From NCBI GenBank assembly GCA_950097015.1, contig CATNEN010000034.1, positions 3,286,001 to 3,350,000 of the forward strand: a stretch of DNA of 64,000 bases. Direction: 5' to 3'. Source of the DNA: Macrostomum hystrix (Eukaryota; Animalia; Platyhelminthes). A program made the translations under genes and the position numbers. This document shows, piece after piece, positions 53,894-64,000 of this stretch (positions are counted from its first letter, which is position 1; every line of letters starts with the position of its first letter). Under the pieces are notes generated by a model that was given only the letters and a program-made list of their open reading frames with translations, did not search any database and was not told the origin of the DNA.

Positions 53894-54580
53894 AGCTGTT
53901 TTTATTCACAGTCCTGTCCAGCATCTGCTTAGCAGGTTGAATATGTGAAATCAAACCAGCTGATGGTTCATGGCGCATTGGCGGCTGGTCTCTCCTTTTA
54001 TTCCAAGCAAGCTAGTTAAACTCAGAGCCCTGACTGAAGTTAATGCGACATGGCTCCAAGCTACATCCCAGTCATGAGTTAAACATGTTGAGCATAGATG
54101 AGTATGCATAAGGCAGTATTTAGCTTACCATCGCGTGCTCAAACTTGATGCTCAAATTCACGGAAATTCAATCGGCTCCCTTTTCCAACGCCTGCTTGTC
54201 ACACATTGTGGAATCATTCTAGTTTCCGACTCAGAAAAATCTCAGCTTTGAGTTGCTAAGGCTTTGTCAAGCTTTAGTGCTTGATATGCGAGTCAAAGTC
54301 TGCGTTCAATACACATTTTTAAGTTAAAGATGCAGCATGCAATTGTTTGAGCTAACACATTTCTGATAGCCCAATTGCAGTTGCTATAGCTTACTGCTAG
54401 ATTCTGACACATTGTCATTGAGGTTTTATTTCTCGAACAGGTATTCCGGATATAACTAGGTAAGCTGCTTAACTGCCAGGGCAACTTTGCACTTGATGAG
54501 AAAATTTCGAGTTTATGAATTGTTCCAGTGTCCCATGGATACAGGCGGTGTGTACATTGACAGCCTCTGAATGTACTGCC

Positions 54581-56840
54581 TTAACCGTAGTTGATGGGGT
54601 CAAAGTAGCTTGTTCCCTTTTTGTTGTACAGTCGCTTGCCGTAGTTGATGGGATCAAAGTAGGCTCGCTTCTTCCCGTAGTTGATGGGATCAAAGTAGGC
54701 TCGCTTCTTCCCGTAGTTGATGGGATCAAAGTAGGCTCGCTTCTTCCCGTAGTTGATGGGATCAAAGTAGGCTCGTTTCTTCCCATAGTTTATGGGATCA
54801 AAGTAGCCTCGCTTCTTCCCGTAGTTGATGGGATCAAAGTAGGCTCGCTTCTTCCCATAGTTTATGGGATCAAAGTAGGCTCGCTTCTTCCCGTAGTTTA
54901 TGGGATCAAAGTAGGCTCGCTTCTTCCCGTAGTTGATGGGATCAAAGTAGGCTCGTTTCTTCCCATAGTTGATGGGATCAAAGTAGGCTCGCTTCTTCTC
55001 ATAGTTTATGGGATCAAAGTAGGCTCGTTTCTTCCCATAGTTGATGGGATCAAAGTAGGCTCGTTTCTTCCCATAGTTTATGGGATCAAAGTAGGCTCGT
55101 TTCTTCCCATAGTTTATGGGATCAAAGTAGGCTCGCTTCTTCCCGTAGTTTATGGGATCAAAGTAGGCTCGCTTCTTCCCGTAGTTTATGGGATCAAAGT
55201 AGGCTCGCTTCTTCTCATAGTTTATGGGATCAAAGTAGGCTCGCTTCTTCCCGTAGTTGATGGGATCAAAGTAGGCTCGTTTCTTCCCATAGTTGATGGG
55301 ATCAAAGTAGGCTCGCTTCTTCTCATAGTTGATGGGATCAAAGTAGGCTCGTTTCTTCCCATAGTTTATGGGATCAAAGTAGGCTCGTTTCTTCCCATAG
55401 TTTATGGGATCAAAGTAGGCTCGCTTCTTCCCGTAGTTTATGGGATCAAAGTAGGCTCGCTTCTTCCCGTAGTTGATGGGATCAAAGTAGGCTCGCTTCT
55501 TCTCATAGTTGATGGGATCAAAGTAGGCTCGCTTCTTCTCATAGTTGATGGGATCAAAGTAGGCTCGCTTCTTCCCGTAGTTTATGGGATCAAAGTAGGC
55601 TCGTTTCTTCTCATAGTTGATGGGATCAAAGTAGGCTCGCTTCTTCCCATAGTTGATGGGATCAAAGTAGGCTCGTTTCTTCCCATAGTTGATGGGATCA
55701 AAGTAGGCTCGTTTCTTCCCATAGTTGATGGGATCAAAGTAGGCTCGTTTCTTCCCATAGTTGATGGGATCAAAGTAGGCTCGTTTCTTCCCATAGTTGA
55801 TGGGATCAAAGTAGGCTCGTTTCTTCCCATAGTTGATGGGATCAAAGTAGGCTCGTTTCTTCCCATAGTTGATGGGATCAAAGTAGGCTCGTTTCTTCCC
55901 ATAGTTGATGGGATCAAAGTAGGCTCGTTTCTTCCCATAGTTGGTGGGATCAAAGTAGGCCCTCTTCTCATCAGCAGCAATGTCCGCAGTCTCCAAGCCG
56001 TCAGGCGAGGCGTCCGTATTGTCAGCCTGCAAATTGCACATGTTCTAGGATTGCACAACCCTCAAAGTTAGGATGTTTTTGCTTCGAGGGTTGGTTCCTA
56101 GAGTTGAATCGTGCTTAACTATCAATTTCTGGTTATAGAAGGTGCTTAAAAATGTTCAGTCGAGTGGCTTCGCCCTCTTGAACCATCATGGATAATTATG
56201 CTTTGGCAGGGACTTCCACACTTCAATTTGATGAGGCGTTTCAGGAATCTCCGTGTTGCCTGGGGACACTGTGGAGACAAGGAGACTTGGAAAAGCAGCA
56301 GGAAATGATTAGCGTTGGAGGCAAGCTGGTTATTTTTTTAAACAAAAAGTTGAGCACAATGCTTACTTATTTCACGCGGCCTTGGCAGCAGACTGTCTCT
56401 ATTTTTAAGCTCATTTTCGCATGCGGGTCCCGCACTAGCATTGTCTGGCTAAAGAGGACTAAAGAGGTAATCCCTAAGGAGGCCTGCCTGCTTCTCCAGA
56501 GATTAATGACAGGCTTAGACACAGGGAGCATTGTAGAAATTTCTCACACAATGTAGTATTTTCCCCGCTGAAGAAACGCTGCCTTTTTCCTGTCTAACGG
56601 ATTTCGTGAAAAGCTGTGTAAGATGGGATTGTGTAGACTAGAAAATTCACTGGATGCTATTGTGGTGAAGGTGACACGGGTTTGTTTGGACCATGGGAAA
56701 AAGTTCCATTAGAAGACTTTCTGTCGATGAAAACTCACCTCTGCAGAGTCGGCCTTGACGGCGAGAGTAAGGCAGCTCAGCAGCAGCAGAAGCAGCAGCA
56801 GCAACGGCAGCGATGGCAGGGGCGAGCTAAACTGGGCCAT
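54581..56840 (-). CDS. Neuropeptide precursor (prohormone) with about 38 copies of AYFDPINY-amide, about 515 aa
   Basis: Exon 1 is 56840-56739 (signal peptide MAQFSSPLPSLPLLLLLLLLLSCLTLAVKADSAE, donor GAG|gtgagt). Exon 2 is 56026-54581 (ttgcag|GCT, phase 0): acidic spacer ADNTDASPDGLETADIAADE-KR, then (AYFDPINYG-KKR)n, ending SYFDPINYG*. Basic cleavage sites and an amide-donor Gly recur in register with no frameshift. Confidence 0.93.
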
Positions 56841-57057
56841 GTTGGACAGAACGACAGGCGAAAATGAGTGAGCTCGAGTTGAGTTGAGGTCTCAGCCTTG
56901 TCACCGTGTGGTGGGGATGTGAAAATGCGCCACGGGGTGGAGCCTCATCAGCTCTGCACGGAGACTGGGTGCGGCCTGCGCCTGTCTTTTGAGCCCTGCT
57001 TTGCGGCCAGAGACTGCCGATTGGAGGGGCCTGGCGATTGGACAGCTGCCACAGCTT

Positions 57058-57096
57058 GAGATAGATAGAGAGATAGATAGATAGATAGATAGATAC

Positions 57097-57135
<39 letters not shown>

Positions 57136-57164
57136 TATAGATAGATAGATAGATAGAGAGATTA

Positions 57165-57205
<41 letters not shown>

Positions 57206-57240
57206 GAGATTAATAGATAGATAGATAGATAGATAGATAG
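57058..57240. repeat. (GATA)n microsatellite
   Basis: Seen directly. Confidence 0.95.
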
Positions 57241-57611
57241 AATTAGCCGATGATTTGTAGTACTTTTTAATGTATTTCCCATCGATAAAAATACGCGAAG
57301 AAAGACAAGCATGTTTTTATTATTTTAACCTGATTGTGCCGGCTAAATCAAAATATTTTGTCAGGAATCGGATGAAGCAGATTATTTTGATTTAATCCTT
57401 TAGCCACAGGGCGCTGAAGACTATATTAGGATACGTAAAATGCCTTTTTATGGCGCATGCCAGGACCAATATCTCTGCCTGGCAACTGACGTGGAACCTC
57501 GCTTTTAAATGGGAATCTTAGAAGCAAAGCCGAAAAGAAAAACAAAAAACGAACAGTCCACTTAATGGTCGCCCGTTATTTTTTGCTATAATTCCTTAAA
57601 AAATTGGTTTC

Positions 57612-60600
57612 TCATGGTTTCTCATGGAGGATTGTCTTGGGACTGACTGCTTTCTCATAGAGGATTGTCTTGGGACTGACTGGTTTCTCATGGAGGATTG
57701 TCTTGGGACTGACTGATTTCTCATTGAAGATTGTCTTGTGACTGACTGCTTTCTCATAGAGGATTGTCTTGGGACTGACTGGTTTCTCATTGAAGATTGT
57801 CTTGTGACTGACTGCTTTCTCATAGAGGATTGTCTTGGGACTGACTGGTTTCTCATGGAGGATTGTCTTGGGACTGACTGGTTTCTCATTGAGGATTGTC
57901 TTGGGACTGACTGATTTCTCATTGAGGATTGTCTTGGGACTGACTGGTTTCTCATGGAGGATTGTCTTGGGACTGACTGGTTTCTCATGGAGGATTGTCT
58001 TGGGACTGACTGGTTTCTCATGGAGGATTGTCTTGGGACTGACTGGTTTCTCATGGAGGATTGTCTTGGGACTGACTGGTTTTTCATGGAGGATTGTCTT
58101 GGGACTGACTGGTTTCTCATGGAGGATTGTCTTGGGACTGACTGGTTTTTCATGGAGGATTGTCTTGTGACTGACTGGTTTCTCATTGAGGATTGTCTTG
58201 GGACTGACTGGTTTCTCATGGAGGATTGTCTTGGGACTGACTGGTTTTTCATGGAGGATTGTCTTGGGACTGACTGGTTTCTCATGGAGGATTGTCTTGG
58301 GACTGACTGGTTTCTCATGGAGGATTGTCTTGGGACTGACTGGTTTCTCATGGAGGATTGTCTTGGGACTGACTGGTTTCTCATTGAGGATTGTCTTGGG
58401 ACTGACTGGTTTCTCATGGAGGATTGTCTTGGGACTGACTGGTTTTTCATGGAGGATTGTCTTGGGACTGACTGGTTTCTCATGGAGGATTGTCTTGGGA
58501 CTGACTGGTTTTTCATGGAGGATTGTCTTGGGACTGACTGGTTTCTCATGGAGGATTGTCTTGGGACTGACTGGTTTCTCATGGAGGATTGTCTTGGGAC
58601 TGACTGGTTTCTCATTGAGGATTGTCTTGGAATTGACTGGTTTCTCATGGAGGATTGTCTTGGGACTGACTGGTTTTTCATGGAGGATTGTCTTGGGACT
58701 GACTGGTTTCTCATTGAGGATTGTCTTGGGACTGACTGGTTTCTCATTGAGGATTGTCTTGGGACTGACTGGTTTCTCATGGAGGATTGTCTTGGGACTG
58801 ACTGGTTTTTCATGGAGGATTGTCTTGGGACTGACTGGTTTCTCATGGAGGATTGTCTTGGGACTGACTGGTTTCTCATGGAGGATTGTCTTGGGACTGA
58901 CTGGTTTCTCATTGAGGATTGTCCTGGGACTGACTGGTTTCTCATGGAGGATTGTCTTGGGACTGACTGGTTTCTCATGGAGGATTGTCTTGGGACTGAC
59001 TGGTTTCTCATGGAGGATTGTCTTGGGACTGACTGTTTTTTCATGGAGGATTGTCTTGGGACTGACTGGTTTCTCATGGAGGATTGTCTTCGGACTGACT
59101 GGTTTCTCATGGAGGATTGTCTTGGGACTGACTGGTTTCTCATGGAGGATTGTCTTGGGACTGACTGGTTTCTCATGGAGGATTGTCTTGGGACTGACTG
59201 GTTTTTCATGGAGGATTATCTTGGACTGACTGGTTTCTCATGGAGGATTGTCTTGGGACTGACTGGTTTTTCATGGAGGATTGTCTTGGGACTGACTGGT
59301 TTTTCATGGAGGATTGTCTTGGGACTGACTGGTTTTTCATGGAGGATTGTCTTGGGACTGACTGGTTTCTCATTGAGGATTGTCTAGGAAATGACTGGTT
59401 TTTCTTGGAGGATTGTCTTGGGACTGACTGGTTTTTCTTGGAGGATTGTCTTGGGACTGACTGGTTTCTCATGGAGGATTGTCTTGGGACTGACTGGTTT
59501 CTCATGGAGGATTGTCTTGGGACTGACTGGTTTCTCATGGAGGATTGTCTTGGGACTGACTGGTTTCTCATGGAGGATTGTCTTGGGACTGACTGGTTTT
59601 TCATGGAGGATTGTCTTGGGACTGACTGGTTTCTCATGGGGGATTGTCTTGGGACTGACTGGTTTTTCATGGAGGATTGTCTTGGGACTGACTGGTTTCT
59701 CATGGAGGATTGTCTTGGGACTGACTGGTTTCTCATGGAGGATTGTCTTGGGACTGACTGGTTTCTCATGGAGGATTGTCTTGGGACTGACTGGTTTCTC
59801 ATGGAGGATTGTCTTGGGACTGACTGGTTTTTCATGGAGGATTGTCTTGGGACTGACTGGTTTCTCATGGAGGATTGTCTTGGGACTGACTGGTTTCTCA
59901 TGGAGGATTGTCTTGGGACTGACTGGTTTCTCATTGAGGATTGTCTTGGGACTGACTGGTTTCTCATGGAGGATTGTCTTGGGACTGACTGGTTTTTCAT
60001 GGAGGATTGTCTTGGGACTGACTGGTTTCTCATGGAGGATTGTCTTGGGACTGACTGGTTTTTCATGGAGGATTGTCTTGGGACTGACTGGTTTCTCATG
60101 GAGGATTGTCTTGGGACTGACTGGTTTCTCATTGAGGATTGTCCTGGGACTGACTGGTTTCTCATGGAGGATTGTCTTGGGACTGACTGGTTTCTCATGG
60201 AGGATTGTCTTGGGACTGACTGGTTTCTCATGGAGGATTGTCTTGGGACTGACTGGTTTCTCATGGAGGATTGTCTTGGGACTGACTGGTTTCTCATGGA
60301 GGATTGTCTTGGGACTGACTGGTTTTTCATGGAGGATTGTCTTGGGACTGACTGGTTTTTCATGGAGGATTGTCTTGGGACTGACTGGTTTTTCATGGAG
60401 GATTGTCTTGGGACTGACTGGTTTCTCATGGAGGATTGTCTTGGGACTGACTGGTTTTTCATGGAGGATTGTCTTGGGACTGACTGGTTTTTCATGGAGG
60501 ATTGTCTTGGGACTGACTGGTTTTTCATAGAGGATTGTCTTGGGACTGACTGGTTTTTCATAGAGGATTGTCTTGGGACTGACTGGTTTTTCATAGAGGA

Positions 60601-63600
60601 TTGTCTTGGGACTGACTGGTTTCTCATGGAGGATTGTCTTGGGACTGACTGGTTTCTCATGGAGGATTGTCTTGGGACTGACTGGTTTCTCATTGAGGAT
60701 TGTCCTGGGACTGACTGGTTTCTCATGGAGGATTGTCTTGGGACTGACTGGTTTCTCATGGAGGATTGTCTTGGGACTGACTGGTTTCTCATGGAGGATT
60801 GTCTTGGGACTGACTGGTTTCTCATGGAGGATTGTCTTGGGACTGACTGGTTTCTCATGGAGGATTGTCTTGGGACTGACTGGTTTCTCATGGAGGATTG
60901 TCTTGGGACTGACTGGTTTCTCATTGAGGATTGTCTAGGAAATGACTGGTTTCTCATGGAGGATTGTCTTGTGACTGACTGGTTTCTCATGGAGGATTGT
61001 CTTGGGACTGACTGGTTTCTCATTGAGGATTGTCTAGGAAATGACTGGTTTCTCATGGAGGATTGTCTTGTGACTGACTGGTTTCTCATGGAGGATTGTC
61101 TTGGGACTGACTGGTTTCTCATGGAGGATTGTCTTGGGACTGACTGGTTTCTCATTGAGGATTGTCTTGGGACTGACTGGTTTTTCATGGAGGATTGTCT
61201 TGGGACTGACTGGTTTTTCATGGAGGGTTGTCTTGGGACTGACTGGTTTCTCATGGAGGATTGTCTTGGGACTGACTGGTTTCTCATTGAGGATTGTCTT
61301 GGGACTGACTGGTTTCTCATTGAGGATTGTCTTGGGACTGACTGTTTTTTCATGGAGGATTGTCTTGGGACTGACTGGTTTCTCATTGAGGATTGTCTTG
61401 GGACTGACTGGTTTCTCATGGAGGATTGTCTTGGGACTGACTGTTTTTTTCATGGAGGATTGTCTTGGGACTGACTGGTTTCTCATGGAGGATTGTCTTG
61501 GGACTGACTGGTTTCTCATGGAGGATTGTCTTGGGACTGACTGGTTTCTCATTGAGGATTGTCCTGGGACTGACTGGTTTCTCATGGAGGATTGTCTTGG
61601 GACTGACTGGTTTCTCATGGAGGATTGTCTTGGGACTGACTGGTTTCTCATGGAGGATTGTCTTGGGACTGACTGTTTTTTCATGGAGGATTGTCTTGGG
61701 ACTGACTGGTTTCTCATGGAGGATTGTCTTCGGACTGACTGGTTTCTCATGGAGGATTGTCTTGGGACTGACTGGTTTCTCATGGAGGATTGTCTTGGGA
61801 CTGACTGGTTTCTCATGGAGGATTGTCTTGGGACTGACTGGTTTTTCATGGAGGATTATCTTGGACTGACTGGTTTCTCATGGAGGATTGTCTTGGGACT
61901 GACTGGTTTTTCATGGAGGATTGTCTTGGGACTGACTGGTTTTTCATGGAGGATTGTCTTGGGACTGACTGGTTTTTCATGGAGGATTGTCTTGGGACTG
62001 ACTGGTTTCTCATTGAGGATTGTCTAGGAAATGACTGGTTTTTCTTGGAGGATTGTCTTGGGACTGACTGGTTTTTCTTGGAGGATTGTCTTGGGACTGA
62101 CTGGTTTCTCATGGAGGATTGTCTTGGGACTGACTGGTTTCTCATGGAGGATTGTCTTGGGACTGACTGGTTTCTCATGGAGGATTGTCTTGGGACTGAC
62201 TGGTTTCTCATGGAGGATTGTCTTGGGACTGACTGGTTTTTCATGGAGGATTGTCTTGGGACTGACTGGTTTCTCATGGGGGATTGTCTTGGGACTGACT
62301 GGTTTTTCATGGAGGATTGTCTTGGGACTGACTGGTTTCTCATGGAGGATTGTCTTGGGACTGACTGGTTTCTCATGGAGGATTGTCTTGGGACTGACTG
62401 GTTTCTCATGGAGGATTGTCTTGGGACTGACTGGTTTCTCATGGAGGATTGTCTTGGGACTGACTGGTTTTTCATGGAGGATTGTCTTGGGACTGACTGG
62501 TTTCTCATGGAGGATTGTCTTGGGACTGACTGGTTTCTCATGGAGGATTGTCTTGGGACTGACTGGTTTCTCATTGAGGATTGTCTTGGGACTGACTGGT
62601 TTCTCATGGAGGATTGTCTTGGGACTGACTGGTTTTTCATGGAGGATTGTCTTGGGACTGACTGGTTTCTCATGGAGGATTGTCTTGGGACTGACTGGTT
62701 TTTCATGGAGGATTGTCTTGGGACTGACTGGTTTCTCATGGAGGATTGTCTTGGGACTGACTGGTTTCTCATTGAGGATTGTCCTGGGACTGACTGGTTT
62801 CTCATGGAGGATTGTCTTGGGACTGACTGGTTTCTCATGGAGGATTGTCTTGGGACTGACTGGTTTCTCATGGAGGATTGTCTTGGGACTGACTGGTTTC
62901 TCATGGAGGATTGTCTTGGGACTGACTGGTTTCTCATGGAGGATTGTCTTGGGACTGACTGGTTTTTCATGGAGGATTGTCTTGGGACTGACTGGTTTTT
63001 CATGGAGGATTGTCTTGGGACTGACTGGTTTTTCATGGAGGATTGTCTTGGGACTGACTGGTTTCTCATGGAGGATTGTCTTGGGACTGACTGGTTTTTC
63101 ATGGAGGATTGTCTTGGGACTGACTGGTTTTTCATGGAGGATTGTCTTGGGACTGACTGGTTTCTCATTGAGGATTGTCCTGGGACTGACTGGTTTCTCA
63201 TGGAGGATTGTCCTGGGACTGACTGGTTTCTCATGGAGGATTGTCTTGGGACTGACTGGTTTCTCATGGAGGATTGTCTTGGGACTGACTGGTTTCTCAT
63301 GGAGGATTGTCTTGGGACTGACTGGTTTCTCATGGAGGATTGTCTTGGGACTGACTGGTTTCTCATGGAGGATTGTCTTGGGACTGACTGGTTTCTCATT
63401 GAGGATTGTCTTGGGACTGACTGGTTTCTCATTGAGGATTGTCTTGGGACTGACTGGTTTCTCATGGAGGATTGTCTTGGGACTGACTGGTTTTTCATGG
63501 AGGATTGTCTTGGGACTGACTGGTTTCTCATGGAGGATTGTCTTGGGACTGACTGGTTTCTCATGGAGGATTGTCTTGGGACTGACTGGTTTCTCATTGA

Positions 63601-64000
63601 GGATTGTCTAGGAAATGACTGGTTTCTCATGGAGGATTGTCTTGGGACTGACTGGTTTCTCATTGAGGATTGTCTTGTGACTGACTGGTTTCTCATGGAG
63701 GATTGTCTTGGGACTGACTGGTTTCTCATGGAGGATTGTCTTGGGACTGACTGGTTTCTCATTGAGGATTGTCTTGGGACTGACTGGTTTTTCATGGAGG
63801 ATTGTCTTGGGACTGACTGGTTTTTCATGGAGGGTTGTCTTGGGACTGACTGGTTTCTCATGGAGGATTGTCTTGGGACTGACTGGTTTCTCATTGAGGA
63901 TTGTCTTGGGACTGACTGGTTTCTCATTGAGGATTGTCTTGGGACTGACTGTTTTTTCATGGAGGATTGTCTTGGGACTGACTGGTTTCTCATGGAGGAT
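57612..64000. repeat. 33-bp satellite, about 190 copies, running off the window end
   Basis: Unit atggaggattgtcttgggactgactggtttctc, with 1-bp indels near 59220, 61445 and 61860. Confidence 0.97.

Noticed and set aside
57596-63993. 500-740-aa repeat ORFs (MRNQSVPRQSS, MEDCLGTDWFL, WRIVLGLTGFS) as adhesive or structural proteins
   Set aside because: The 33-bp unit is stop-free in several frames on both strands, and 1-bp indels near 59220, 61445 and 61860 shift frames freely. There is no signal peptide or splice entry, unlike the neuropeptide array.

Overview
Eukaryotic, intron-rich and minisatellite-rich genomic DNA. It is probably from a free-living flatworm such as Macrostomum; this is inferred from the GT-AG introns, GC-rich poly-Ala/Gln exons, (CAGA)n and (CTAT)n arrays and an FDPI-type neuropeptide. 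Most long ORFs in the track are read-throughs of stop-free tandem repeats. I rebuilt seven spliced genes by hand: a DUF7153-like gene (-), a 17-exon SYCP1-like synaptonemal transverse filament gene (+), a small two-TM protein (-), a tandem DUF1330-like protein (+), a secreted AChBP-like Cys-loop ligand-binding domain with no channel domain (+), a C2H2 zinc finger/Crypton-recombinase (DUF3504) fusion (-), and a neuropeptide precursor with about 38 copies of AYFDPINY-G hidden in a 36-bp minisatellite (-). Two tandem minimal type I hammerhead ribozymes of Penelope/retrozyme type lie 251 nt apart inside a (CTAT)n array. The window also holds at least three tRNA-derived SINE families and about 15 distinct minisatellites, including a 33-bp array with a roughly 2.64-kb higher-order duplication.
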